From Chiloscyllium plagiosum (lineage: Eukaryota): a stretch of DNA of 63,738 nucleotides. Below the pieces are notes generated by a model that saw only the letters and a program-made list of their open reading frames with translations, did not search any database and was not told the origin of the DNA. The position numbers and the translations under genes were made by a program. Each line of letters starts with the position of its first letter. The first letter of the stretch is position 1. Location of the stretch: positions 17,946,720 to 18,010,457 of the forward strand of contig NC_057731.1 in NCBI RefSeq assembly GCF_004010195.1, read 5' to 3'. Of this stretch, positions 25,650 to 39,248 are shown one piece after another.

Positions 25650-28600
25650 ATTCAAATCCATGTTACTTCAATTTCACTTTAGGATTAAGTGTTCATCTCT
25701 GTGACTTATGTGAAAAAGACAATCAAGATCTGGAATATAATTAGAAAGAGCTGAAAAAGCCACAAAACCTCAGGCAGCATTAATGGCGAGATAAATAGTT
25801 ATTACTTTAGGTTGACCACATAACTGCATGACGGTTGAAGAACTGAAAGTCCACTGTATATTTTCCAGCTCTTACAAAAGATGATCGACCTGAAACATTA
25901 ACAGTTTCGCTGTCCATGGATGCTGCTTGACCTGCTGAGTATTACCCAGCATTTTCACCAGTTTGTTTCAGATTAACAGAATTGTCAAGATTAGTCATTT
26001 GCAATATTAGTGGAAGTTATTAAAACAATTGAGTTTAAATATTGCTCATAGGGTAAAAAGCTTCATTGTAAATTTTGAATACTATGATTTTCCAACAGGA
26101 AACACAATATTATCCTTTAAAGGTCAATAACAGTTGACCAAAAATGTTAGCATGCCTATAAACAAAACAACAACTGCAATAAGCATGTTGATATTACTTT
26201 GTATTAATGTAGTTGGGTGAGTTTTCAATTTAGTTTCCTAGATTATTGATAACAATCATGTGGAATGTTATGATGCCACTAAAGCAAAATCATGTTGAAG
26301 TGCATTACTACAGTGGGAAAACTTTAACATCATATAAGGACACTGGACATTTTATCATAGAAGTTACAGATAGAAGGTAAAAATGAATCATCTGTTGAAA
26401 CTGGTCATTTGTTAGCGTAAAATCAGAGACCTTCAATCTTGAAGAAAAACCCACAAGACCATAAGAAATACGAATGTGGAGAAGGCTATTCAGCATTATT
26501 CAATAAGATCATGGCCCTTGGCAAATGGATTGGGTTTTGAGTCTTTCATGCCACATTTAGAAATTAATTCAGTATTTTATTTCTGTTGCATGACAGCAAA
26601 AATAGAACTAATGCACGCAGCTAGTTGTCAGACTGTTCAAGTGGAGTGATGAGAAACACATAAGCTTCATTTGCAAGCACAGCATCAAAGACGTCAGCAT
26701 CAAATGCAATCTGAAGTATTTGTTACCTTCCTGGATTCATGAAAGAGACAGGAGGGGATATGTTATGCTGTGCAGGCAATAAAATCAGTGGTGATGTAAA
26801 CTACAGAATGTCTCTCTCCTTAAAAATGTGCTTGCTATGAGGAAACATCCTGAACTTTAGATTGCAATAGCATTTCATGAAATCTTTTTAAAACGTCTCA
26901 TGGCAGAAGGGCAGTCGAATTCAAGGTTGCTGGCTTGTATCTCTTACATGTGTAGGTCTGGTGTTGTATATAAGTCTGAAAGGATTAGCATTCATTTTGC
27001 ATTGGCTCCACCCATTCTATGATATCACATGGTGTAGAACTTTTTGTTTCCACTGACTCTAGTTTTTCAAGGGACTTGGTGTATAAACATATATTTAGAC
27101 ATATGAGACACTAGCTCTCTAAGATTCCAATAATTATACCTCACCAAATGTAATCTTATTTATTGTTATCATGCAATAAACCTTGTTGTTATCTAAGGAC
27201 AGTACCTCCTTTATGAATACTGTTAATTACTAGATATGCCAAGACAAAGTGAAGACAAAGGTGATTCAGTGCTAATGAACTATCCTAAACAATCCTTATC
27301 CAGATTTATAAGACTGAGTGACGGAGATAGGGTGAGGGCAAATACCACAAGGTACCAGGAGTGATCATCTGGAAAATACCATCTCAGGTTCTCAACATTG
27401 CAGCTGGATTAATTGGTTAATCAAGAGGCCATGCAGTCACTTTAGAGAAAGGAGAGAAAGTCACTCTAGTTTCAAGCCAATATTGATGGAGGCCTGAAAG
27501 TGTCTAATCTCCCTGGTGTCCCAGCTGGAAGGAGACATGGAATATTGAAAGAAGAAAGTAAAGAGAAGGCCTTATAAAATGGATTTTTCACCTCACAAAG
27601 GTAAATACTGAAAACATCAAAGTCTAATATTGTATTAGATCTATATCATGGTTTGAACTTTTACTGTGTTGTTATAACTTAAAATATTTAACTCAAAACT
27701 TGATAAGCTGATAATTAACCTATGTGGTTATCGAAGGTATTTGGAAAGGATATGCAGATCAATTATGCATATTGTGTTCAAGTGTTAATTGATTCACACT
27801 TTTTTTGGTTTTTTAATTTACTGCTGGCAGGAAGTTAATCTATTCCATAGGATATTACTTGGAATCATGCAAATTAAATGGATTATCAATCAAACATTAA
27901 CCATTTGATATTCAATAAGTCAAACTTAACTTCCACAGATTAAAACAGAAATGAACTGACATGAATAAACTCCAGTAAGTGCTGTTTCAGGGAGCGTGGT
28001 GAAATAATTTATTCAGAGAAAAAGGCAAACTATGACTGGAGAATGTGTTTTCTGAAAGTGGAAGTTTGAGAAAACATTATCCATAAAAGGAAGTAACACA
28101 ATGATCTTAAAGGGAAAAGGCATCTCATTATAAAACTCTGCAAAGCAAAGATTATGGTTTTGAAATAGGTTGTCCATGTTAGTGAGTTTTTTCACCAGAA
28201 TCCACAGTTTATACTTCTGATTGCTGGTATGATCCCATATTGACCTAGTCGAATTTTACTTGATGGCTCTGATTAAATATTTATGATGGTCCCCCATTGT
28301 TATTTATACTCTGTTGGGAACTCACTGTGGACTTGGGTGTGTCTTGTTGGGAGCAAAACATTTAATGCAATCTCTGAGTTCTGTAGTTCTTCAGGTCACT
28401 GAACCCTAATGTATTTACTCTTGATTTGAAATGCGGTCAAGATATCCAGCAAAGGAGCCCTTTCCCCTTGGCCCTGAGTAAACCAAACTCAAAAAAAGTC
28501 AGATCCAAATGGGAAATTGTGGCCTTAGTACTGAATGTGACCTCTACAAACGTTTGGTCAATGTTGACAATTGTTCAGTTAGCTCACAAGTCAGCCAAGG

Positions 28601-28889
28601 AAACATGAAGCAGACTTACCTTGTAATGGCGTGCTGTCTTAAGCATGTTTCCTGCTTCCTGTCACCTCTCCCTCAATCCATTGATTACTGTCTATAATTT
28701 AGCACCAATGCACTGGAGATGCTTTGGTACCCTTCAAACCCTCTTCCTTTGTCAGAAGGCATTTCTTTGGTCAAAGGTGTACGTTGCAAGGATGCAGTGC
28801 AAGCCTTACATGATGTTTTATATACTTTCATGAGAATGTGTTCATTATTGATAACTCCACCATTTGTCATCCCTAATAGTCTATAAGAA

Positions 28890-29225
28890 GGAGATGGTAA
28901 GTTGTCTTCTTGAACTACTGCAGTGTGTATGATTTAAGTGTGTTAGATAGGATGATTCAGGCTTTAAGACCTAGTACAGTGAAGAAATGATGATATTATT
29001 CCAAATAACATGTGTGGCTTGGTGAGGAACTTGCATATGCTGTTATTCCATTCTGTAAGCTGCTGTTGTCTTAGGTGGTCGAGGTCACATGTTTGGAAGA
29101 TGTTGCTGAAGGAGCTTTGTTGAAATGCTACAGCACAACTTGAAAATACTACATACTACTGCCATTGTGTGCCTGCAGTGGAGGGAATAAATGCTTAAGT
29201 TTCTGGATGGGGTGCCAATAAGTGG
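28890..29225 (-). mobile_element. Old LINE 3' fragment (CR1/L2 group)
   Basis: Inverted, degenerate similarity to 43600-44520 and 61970-62190. Confidence 0.5.
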
Positions 29226-29899
29226 GGCACTAGTATGTATTATCCTGTATTCTCCATCTGTCATTGTCCCATGAAGGAATGCTTTTTGACTTGAGTTATA
29301 TCCCCTATGAGAAGCAGATCACCTTTGATCCTATTCTTCTTGTGAAAGAGGAAATCAGAGCTCAAATTATGACACAACTTCCACATTACTCACCTTCAGG
29401 GCTCCTGCTGAAGCATTGGGCATTAGACTCCACTGTATTGGATAGAATATCAAGGAGAACAAGAAATTACGATTTTACCACAATTGTAGGCACCAAGGTG
29501 TGACAGACTGGTGAAAAGACAATAGGAAAGCCAACATGCTTATTTGCCTTGTAACTGTTTTTTAATTATTGATGACCTACATAGAGAATAATTTGGAAAG
29601 CAAAATGAGTGCATGCTTGTGGGCATAATTGTCAAAGCAGAACCATGACGGCCAAATCTTGGAGTGAGGTTTAGTCGCACGTTATGTCAGCTTTCCTTAC
29701 ACCCTTCAGCTCAAATATAATTTATGCACTCACTTCCTGGAAATGTAAGCTAATAATGGCGCGGGACTTTATTGTCTGATGGGACCAATATTCATCTTAA
29801 CCATTGAGTTTTGATGATTTAGAAAGAGATTTAAAAGAGAGATGAGCGAGTGAGAAATTGGGTTGGAGTCATTTGGATTGAGAGAGGAAAAGAAAAGTC

Positions 29900-31245
29900 A
29901 AAAGAACATAAAAAATAGGATCTGGTACAGTCTATTCAGCCCCTCAAGCCTGTCCTGCTCTTTAAAAAGATGATGGCTAATCTGCCTCAGGCTTCAACTC
30001 CTCTTTCATGTCAACTCAGTGTAGATGTTAACACCCTGATACTTCACAATACTTTCAATCAGCCACTAAAACTCTCTGGGGTAGAAAATTCCAGACATTC
30101 GCTGCCATCTGAGAAAATAAATTTTTCCCATCTCTGCTTTAAATGAGGTCCCCTTATTCTGTAACTATGTCCCCTAGCTCAGACTCCACCACAGGTGGAA
30201 ATATCTTCTCAATGTCTCCCCTTGTCAAGCCCCCTAAAATTCTTACATGTTCATATACAATCACTCCTCATTCTTCTAAGCTCTAATGAATAATGGCCTA
30301 ACATATTCAGTCATTCTGGATAAGTCAATCCCTTCATCCCAAAAATCAGCTTAGTGCATCTAATTTAAATAGTGCCCAATGCCAGTATAAACTTTTTTAA
30401 AAAATAAATGGATCAAAACTTTGCACAGTACCCCAGGTGCAGCCTCAAAAATGCCCAGGACAGTGATAATAAGACTTCCCTGTTTTAAACTCCAGCCCCC
30501 TATCAACAGAGGTCAAAATTCAATTTGTTGTCTTAATTACTTGCTGCACCTGCACATGAATATTTTATGATTCATGCACAAGAACATCCAGATCACTCTG
30601 CGCTGCACTTTCTTATAGTTCTCTCCATTTAAGTAGTGGTCTGCCTTTTTGTCTTCCTACCAAAGTGCAAGGTGTCACACTTTCCTACACAAATCTTCAT
30701 CTCCTAGGTTTTTGCCGCTCCATCACCCTATTTATATCCCTTACAGATTCCTTATGTCCTCCTTGTGTCCTCCAACTTAAATTTGGCACATCAGCACATT
30801 TGGATACAATACTCAGCCCGCCTCTTCCAAGATACTAATAAAGACAATAGCAACTTGAAGCCTTAGAACTAACCCTTGTGCGCACCACTAGTATTGTGCA
30901 CGCCACTAGTTGTGTCCTTCTAAAATTGAACAGACCCATTAATACCAACTCTTGGTGTCATTTGTGTCAACCAATCCTCAGTACATGCTAATGTGTCTTG
31001 TGCAATCGCCTTTCATGGGGCACCTTATTAAATGCCTTCTGGAAATTAAAACGCTCTACATTTACCAGTTCCCATTCATCAGTTCTGCTTATTATATCCT
31101 CAGATTTGTCACCATGATTTCCCTTTTTCAAAACCATGTTGATTCTATTTGATTACATAAACTTTCCTAAGTTCCCTGTTTCTTATTTTCCCAATGATTG
31201 ATATCTGGCTAAGAGGCCGGTAATTTCCAGCTTTCTGTCTGTCAC
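29900..31245 (-). mobile_element. Old CR1 LINE fragment
   Basis: Degenerate reverse-strand CR1 3' UTR and RT motifs (ggcaccttattaaatgccttctggaaat). Confidence 0.7.
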
Positions 31246-31249
31246 TCTT

Positions 31250-32415
31250 AGAGTTATAGAGTCATAGAGATGTACAGCATGGAAACAAAGCCTTCAGTCC
31301 AATCCGTCCATGCCGGCCAGATATCCCAACCCAATCTAGTTGCACCTGCCAGCAGCCGGCACATATCCCTCCAAACCCTTTCTATTCATATACCCATCCA
31401 AATGCCTCTTAAATGTTGCAATTGTACCAGCCTCCACCGCTTCCTCTGGCAGCTCATTCCGTAGACGTANNNNNNNNNNNNNNNNNNNNNNNNNNNNNNN
31501 NNNNNNNNNNNNNNNNNNNNNNNNNNNNNNNNNNNNNNNNNNNNNNNNNNNNNNNNNNNNNNNNNNNNNNNNNNNNNNNNNNNNNNNNNNNNNNNNNNNN
31601 NNNNNNNNNNNNNNNNNNNNNNNNNNNNNNNNNNNNNNNNNNNNNNNNNNNNNNNNNNNNNNNNNNNNNNNNNNNNNNNNNNNNNNNNNNNNNNNNNNNN
31701 NNNNNNNNNNNNNNNNNNNNNNNNNNNNNNNNNNNNNNNNNNNNNNNNNNNNNNNNNNNNNNNNNNNNNNNNNNNNNNNNNNNNNNNNNNNNNNNNNNNN
31801 NNNNNNNNNNNNNNNNNNNNNNNNNNNNNNNNNNNNNNNNNNNNNNNNNNNNNNNNNNNNNNNNNNNNNNNNNNNNNNNNNNNNNNNNNNNNNNNNNNNN
31901 NNNNNNNNNNNNNNNNNNNNNNNNNNNNNNNNNNNNNNNNNNNNNNNNNNNNNNNNNNNNNNNNNNNNNNNNNNNNNNNNNNNNNNNNNNNNNNNNNNNN
32001 NNNNNNNNNNNNNNNNNNNNNNNNNNNNNNNNNNNNNNNNNNNNNNNNNNNNNNNNNNNNNNNNNNNNNNNNNNNNNNNNNNNNNNNNNNNNNNNNNNNN
32101 NNNNNNNNNNNCCTGCTAACCAGTCTCCCATGGGGAACCTTGTCGAATGCCTTACTGACATCCATATAGATCACATCTACTGCTCTGCCCCTCATCAATC
32201 CTCTTTGTTACTTCCTCAAAAAGCTCAATCAAGTTTGTGAGACATGATTTCCCACGCACAAAGCCATGTTGACTATTCCTAATCAGTCCTTGCCTTTCCA
32301 AATACATGTACATTCCATCCCTCAGGATTCCGTCCAACAACTTGCCCACCGCTGGAGTCAGGCTCACTGGTCCATAGTTCCCTGGTTGTCCTTATCACCT
32401 TTCTTAAACAGTGGC
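31250..32415 (-). mobile_element. Younger CR1 fragment spanning a gap
   Basis: Tail gagtcatagagatgtacagc at ~31260; after the gap DVIYMDVSKAFDKVPHGRL and SQHGFVRGKSCLTNL. Confidence 0.85.
31470..32111. other. Assembly gap, 642 N, inside a CR1
   Basis: N run flanked by collinear CR1 sequence. Confidence 0.98.
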
Positions 32416-32753
32416 AAGGGTGTTTTAATAGCAGCTTTCCAAACCATTGGATCCCTGACAGAATCTAATCAGTACCTGAATATTTTGACTAATACCTCCA
32501 CCATCTCTGAAGCCACTTCCTTTAAAACCTCTGGTGTAGGCTATCAGTCAGAAAGAAAAAGTAAGAAATAACATTTCAAGTTGAAGCTTGTAAAATCTCC
32601 AAGAACAATTTACTACCTTCAGGAATGAATTTCAATAGATTACTTTCTGGGACACATACCTTCGATTGGCATTAAATTTGCAATTTTCAATTTGGTAGAA
32701 ATGTACTTGATTATTTTAAGAATGAGCCTTAACTATGCCGACTCTTTAAGGTA

Positions 32754-32963
32754 CAGGTTGTTCTGCTATAATGCATATTTAGTTAATGCAAATTCGCTTT
32801 AATGTGATTAATGAATTGGGCACACTGTTTTTAAAGTGCGAACATTAAAATGTATGTTGGCTCTACCGTGATTACATCGCCAGCACTTTAAGTGCTGCTT
32901 CTAAAGCGTGGTTTTTCTACAATGCACAAGAATGCAACCATCATGTTGTAGAAGAATTACCCG
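32754..32963. mobile_element. Tc1/mariner-pogo type MITE (degenerate)
   Basis: TA on both sides (32752-32753, 32964-32965); imperfect TIRs caggttgttctgctataa / rc cgggtaattcttctacaa (13/18). Confidence 0.55.
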
Positions 32964-34429
32964 TATGTACAGTAAATTTTGCAACTTAACAATCAGGTGA
33001 ATCTAACTTGTATGCAAATTCAATTGTGGTAGTTCGTGTGAATGCCATCAGGGCAACACAATGTTGCTGTGGAGATCTGCACTTCCATCAACAATTAGCC
33101 TGTCTACTCCATTTTTTCTTTCCCACCATTCTCCAAAGATCTGTCACAAAACTGGCAATAAATGGAAGGAGGATCCTTTGAGTCCAATCAATATCTACAC
33201 ATTACTTCCTATTATTGTGTTAAGCAATGATCACTGCCCAATTTACAGCTATCCTTTCATCTGTTTCTGCTGACTGGCACAGAATTTATTTTTGTCTCTG
33301 CCTTATGCTCTCTCCCACTCTACATGCTTTTCCTTGGTTTACAATTTATTTCTCCTATTATTGTCACTGTTTTAATGAATTGCTACTGAATGTCTTGAAG
33401 TCAATGCCATCCTTTTCACTGACATCTGTTTCTTGTATGTCTCTTGAGATAGAGCATTATTTGGCTTCTCTGCAACCTCCTTGTCAACTATAGAAATAAA
33501 GAGCCAAGTTTATTTTGAAATGTTACTGTAAGGTTACTTACTCAACCTGTCCCAAGTAATAACTGTCCCAAGTAATAACTGTTGATTTATAGATTCATTG
33601 AGATTCATATCCTCAATCTGATTGTACAAATATATAACAGATCACTGAAATCAATGAGTTTCAGTTACAGGAAAATAATTCCATTGTTTACAGATCAGAG
33701 CAAGTCTCAGGGCTGGATTTTAACTTCCAGATGCTTTCTGTAAAACTTTAAGACTCAAGACTCATCAAGTTTCACCAGACAGGAAAATTGAATGGCTGGA
33801 GGCCAGTCAGTGAAAATGGGTAGGTGACATAATCATTTTCTATACTTTTGAGAGCCCACGGCAGTGTTTGTTGCAAACTTCCTTCATATAGTGCGGGTAT
33901 TAGAAGCAATGTCTGAGTAATTCAACTGCTGGCTTTGTGATGCTCCATTTAATCACCCTTTCCCTCATGTGGCTCCTCAGTACAGCATTGCAGAGGCTGC
34001 CAACAGGAATCATGTACCAATGCATGGAAGGGAAACCTGGAGATTTAAAATCTATATATCAAATAAAAGAGCAGAGTAGCCCAACACATGTTGAGAGACT
34101 TGCGACTGCTACCAGTATAACAGACATAGATCTTCATAATGTACAGCCTGTCATCCTAAATCAGTTGTCCATTGAGGAAGTGGAATCCCTTGTGATGGAG
34201 AAATAGTCCAGTTTGCTGATGTGGAGTATGCAAGGCAATGTGCATTGTCATGAACCCTGAACTTACCTTGTTTTGGGCTCCAGCAAGGACTCCATTTCCT
34301 GCTAGAGTCCAATGTCTGCTGCATGCTCAGACCAGGAGCAGGAGAGGTTGTATCTGCTCAATGTCCTGTTTGTCATGTTCATTGCTTGAGATTTTTTTAG
34401 AAAAGGTTGGTCCAATAGAAGCAGCATGA

Positions 34430-34886
34430 AGGGGTGGGTGTGAAGCTCTCACAGAACCAGGATTTTATTTTAATTTTCAGAAGCTGTTGAGGTTTGGAAG
34501 CTGCTAAACATCTCTCCCTGCTACAGCAAAATGGTTGAATTCTCTCCATCTCTGTCTCCAAGTTTTCTCTTGATGCTCTTTCCTGTTGGACTGGAGCATT
34601 TCATAACAGACAATCTATTTTACTGAATTTGCCTTTGCCAAGGGTGTGTTTATAGGATGTTACTGTACTTGAACAGTAGTTCAATAATGTACTATTCTGT
34701 TAAGTTTTCCAGTAGAGTTGTTATTCCAATTTTTTCTTTTGCTTGTATTTTAACTATAGGGTAAAAATAAAGTGTGTTTTTCTTCAAGCCTTGTAGTTCT
34801 CCCAATTGCATTGCACCTAGAACACAACACCTTACATTTGCTATTTTTAAAATATATTTTGATAGGGTTTGGTCTGGTCCATAACA
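34430..34886 (+). mobile_element. Possible solo LTR
   Basis: AATAAA at ~34766 and an end in ...ccataaca, like a similar segment ending at ~36181; 5' boundary unclear. Confidence 0.35.
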
Positions 34887-35039
34887 GATTGTACTATGAG
34901 TATATGCTGGAGCATAGCCTGAGGATTCCAGGGTAACGCAGGTCCAATCATTCAGGCAGTCTATGATGGAGCAGCTCAAAAGTGAAGAATTAGAATCCCT
35001 TTTAAAATCAATAAAGATTTAATGTGATTTGGTGACCCA

Positions 35040-35972
35040 CAGACCATAAGATGTCGGAGCAGAATTAGATCTTTTTGCCCATTGAGCCTGCTCCACCATT
35101 CAATCATGGCTGATATGTTTCTCAACCTCGTTCTCCAACCTTCTCCCCATAACCTTCAATGCCCTTACTAATCAACAACTTACCTATCTCTATCCTAAAT
35201 ATATTCAAAGACTTGGCCTCCATTGTCTTCTGTGGCAATCTGTTCAATACCCTTAGTTTCTTTGTTCAGTCCATTAATGTACAATGTGAAGAGTTGTGGT
35301 CCCAACTCTGACACCTTCGGAACTCCACTGGTCACCTCCTGTCATGTTGAAAAGACCCCTTTATCCCGACTCTCTATCTTCTACCAGTTGGCCAATCCTT
35401 ATACATGCCACCACCTTGCCCTAAACCCATGGGCTCTTATTTTATTTGGTAGCTTCCTGTGTGGCACCTTGTCAAATGCCTTCTAGAAATAGATCACATC
35501 CACTGGCTCTGCTTTGGCTAACTTGCTCATTGCCTCCTCAAATAATTCTAACAAATTTGTCAGGCATACTCTCCCACTGATGAAGCCATGCTGACTCAGC
35601 CTCATTTTACCATGCACTTTCTAATATTCTGCCAATTCATTCCTAATAATGGACTCTAACTTCTTACCAATGACTGAGATCAGGCTAACTGACCTATAAT
35701 TTCCTGTCTTCTACCTCCCACCCTTCTTATACAGGGGCATTACATTAATCATCTTTCATTCTTCTGACCCACCTCTGACTGCAGTGATTCCTGAAAAATC
35801 ATCTCCATCCCTCTAACATCTCCTCAGCTGTCTCCTTCAGAACCCTGGAGTGTAGTCTGGGTGATTTATCCACTGTCAGACCTTTCAGCTTCCCCAGCAT
35901 TCTCCTTAGCGTTGGCCACTCTACTCACCTCTGACTATCTTGAAGTCCTCCTATGCTACTGGTGTCTTCCAC
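35040..35972 (-). mobile_element. CR1 LINE fragment with internal deletion
   Basis: Tail agaccataaga plus RT motifs homologous to 5947-7860. Confidence 0.8.
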
Positions 35973-37979
35973 AGTGTTACTAATGTCTAGAGAGTTGCTG
36001 AGAAATTCATGGGACTGTAATTTGTTTTACTGCTCTAACTTTGTTTATTTTTGTTTGTCTGAAAAGTTTATTTTTGTTTGTCTGAAGCTGTGGAATCTGG
36101 CAGCTTTATTCTTTTTAGTAAGTATCTTGAATCTCTAACTTTAAACAAAACATGTTATTGGCCCCTAGCCAAACCATAACACAAATGTGATAGTCAAGTC
36201 ATGAATCAAGCTTTCAATTGCAACCTGTAGAATAGGGTTGTCTCCCAAACTGTGAAGCCTCATGCTTTCTCATTCCTGATTCTCTCCTAAATATAGTAAG
36301 TGTTTCTCATGGTGTAGAGTGTTGTATGTGTACCTTCTCTTTAGGAGAGTGCACTTGGAGGACACCATGTGCTCTGTGTGTATGATTTTACAGTTCTGTT
36401 GGCATGCAGTCTTCTATGTGTCTGCAAGCTGCACAGACAGCAATCAGTTGGTTTGCTATAATATCTGCTTTAAAACCGGAATGAGTTTGCCTATGTTTAA
36501 TAAACGAATTCAGGGAGTTAATCAATTCCTGATTGATTATTAGCCCATTATCTTTAACATGGCATGGAGAGTCATGATGACTTCCTTGATACATCATTCT
36601 TGGGTTAACTGAGATACTGTTGATGTCACCCACTGAGCCTCCAAAGAACCTCTGCTTGGTTTGACAGTGACCATATCATTGTTTGAGGTGCCAGCTGTAC
36701 CCTATACTTCTGTTGGTGAAGTGAAGGACATCTTCAATTTCAAGCAGTCTCCTCCACACATCCACCCTTCAAATTTTTCCTTCCTATTTCCTTTCCCGAA
36801 AGTCACTTTACTTTCAAAATCCAACATTAGTACAAGTTAAAATGGGGAAACAACAGGTTTAATTTCGATATGTTTTCTAAATGTTTAAATTAGCATCTTT
36901 GTCTCATAGGTATAATCCATTAGAACAGATGTTACTGTCAATAAAGCACATGGCAGGTAATTAGTTGGCTTCAAATTTTAGTTGCTTGTTTGTGACAATT
37001 GAAGTAACGCCACATGAAGAAAAATGCTTTGCTCTCGTGTCTATTTGTTTGTGGCCCAACCCAACCACGACCTTCCTCTCTTTGCCCTTGATGCTAACCA
37101 CTCATTCATTTCTCTCAGTTTTTAACACACACAGTGAGGGTTCCAAGGACATGAAATCACTGACATTTTTTCCCTCTCACTCTGTCACACATAGGAAAAA
37201 GGTCTCTGTTGTTTTTATGCAAAGTAGTCACATTTTTTGAAATTTAGCCTTTAACATTTCTTTAAATAATTTTGAAAACCTTTTGAAGCTAAAGTCAATA
37301 AAGATTCCTTAGTATTGTTCATTGAACAAAAGTATTGGAATCTATACAGTTAGGCAGACCACACATACTTAAACTACATAACTGTATAGCCCCGAGCCAA
37401 AATATTGACCCAGTAGTCCTGTAGGAGCTTACCAATTTTCTGCCATTATGTCGATTTGAAGATGGATAGAAATCATTCAGGAATGCTGAAATTGGTTTTG
37501 CTTCAGTTTCTCATATTTTTTCCAGATTTCTGCACAAGTTTCACTCCTAACGCTTTGAAATTTCAAGACCACCGACTCCATGCCCAACCTTTTAGTGAAA
37601 CGGAGGCCATGAAATAACACGATTGAGGAACACAACAGATAATTTAATAGATAAGTTTAATTGTGTTATTGTAAAATATGTAGTTTTTGGTTTTGGTTAC
37701 GTGCTTATTTTAGACATCAGAAATTTCAGTTACTAATGGAAACATTTTTAGATTAAATCAAGTTTTGGGAAGTATTGTGAGAAAAGTGGGTTGCCCAAGG
37801 CCCTCAAGGCCAGAGATTTTAGTTTACATAGATGTTTTCACAATAAATATGGACACATAATTGAAAGAAAACATTATAAAAATGTGACAATTATAAGTAA
37901 AACACAATTAGTCTGTCATAATGAGATTGTTTTACATTATAGGTAAGTTTGTATCAATGGCTGGTATACCTTTGTATGC

Positions 37980-38210
37980 GGGGGTCAGTCAGATCAATAG
38001 ACTGGATGGTTCGTTTGCAATTCAGAGTCATGCCAACAGCATGGGTTTCATTCCCACATCAACTGAGGTCACCATGAAGGATTCTCCTTCCCGACCTCTC
38101 CCCTGGCATAAGGGGCGGTGACCCTTAGCTTTAACCACCACCAGTCATCTCTGTAACAAGAGAGCAGCTCAATGATCTGGGAATACTCTCAAGATTTTAC
38201 CTTTACCAAT
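37980..38210 (+). mobile_element. Degenerate tRNA-derived SINE (family unassigned)
   Basis: B-box-like gggtttcattccc at ~38043 in a short GC-richer block. Confidence 0.4.
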
Positions 38211-39172
38211 TTTATGTGTACATTTTCTTTTTGATCCTGTTCATCTTTTTAAACTACAGGCTGGATCCGTTTCTCACTATTTCAGCTTCCTTCTTTGCCT
38301 CTGTTATCTGTTTATTTTGATTTTAATTTGTTGCATTTATCATTTCTTGCCCATGTTTCTCTGCCTTCTGTTTTCTTCGAAGTTAACAATTTCTATTTTC
38401 AGTTTTTTTTTTCTTCTCACAAGGCTTGTTATCAGAAATTTGTTTGGAAGTATAAGCGATGGATTACAAATTCTCCTATTGCTACAAAAATGAACAGGCA
38501 AAAATGACCTTTTCACATTATGTAAAGTAATTGTCAATGCACCATTGCTTACATATTTGCTTCTTGTGTAAAGGTGTCTACTGTAGCAGATGGAGCACTT
38601 TCATCAGTGCATTATCTTTAACTGATCCATCTGCTATCATACAAACTTTTTAATTAGTGTGAATTATCTTATAAATAATGGTATTCTGAAAGTTTATGCT
38701 TGGAGGACGTGCCTGTTTCTGACATGATGAGTACTCACAAATTCTAAGAAGTAAAAACTGAAGCAATTAACTTGCTGAGCTTATTAATTATTCTGAAACT
38801 GGATATCTTGAACATTGCAAATCAACAACGATTTATTGCAGATTTCTTCCTTCAGTTAAAATAGAACCATGCCTGATTAAGCTTGTGATGATTATGAATG
38901 AAACAACAGATATTTACCATATTAATATGTGCTCTAAATCCTATCAGGCATCAGGACAGAGACAATTCCTATTATGAAATAGAGATTGAATTTTCTAGTC
39001 ATATTCTGCTCAATGCAAATTATGGATAATTCAAATATAAAAACAATATATATGGCAGTTTTCAAACATTACTTTAAGAACTGATGTGGACAAAAAAACA
39101 TACATATTGGCTTAAGGTTTATGCTGTTCACATGAGATTGGCTTACTAGCATTTTAAAACTAGGGATGGGCT

Positions 39173-39248
39173 CAAAGTTTGTGAGAAGATTTGTAGCTTG
39201 GGTGCTCGTTGTTGTTGTTCTGTTCGCCGAGCTGGAAGTTTTTGTTGC
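39173..39248 (-). mobile_element. 76-bp 3'-terminal retroelement insertion, probably another Penelope-like family (D)
   Basis: Perfect TSD agggatgggct at 39162-39172 and 39249-39259; family assignment is from recall only. Confidence 0.6.

Noticed and set aside
29734-29743. STAT/ETS composite site cttcctggaa
   Set aside because: A single short motif with no supporting evidence
31340-32240. Long ORFs across the second gap
   Set aside because: Artefacts of Ns within a CR1
33547-33582. 16-bp tandem duplication ctgtcccaagtaataa
   Set aside because: Ordinary slippage duplication
37130-37157. Recombination signal sequence (CACAGTG + 12 bp + acatgaaat)
   Set aside because: The nonamer matches only about 5/9 and no V/D/J segment is adjacent; expected by chance
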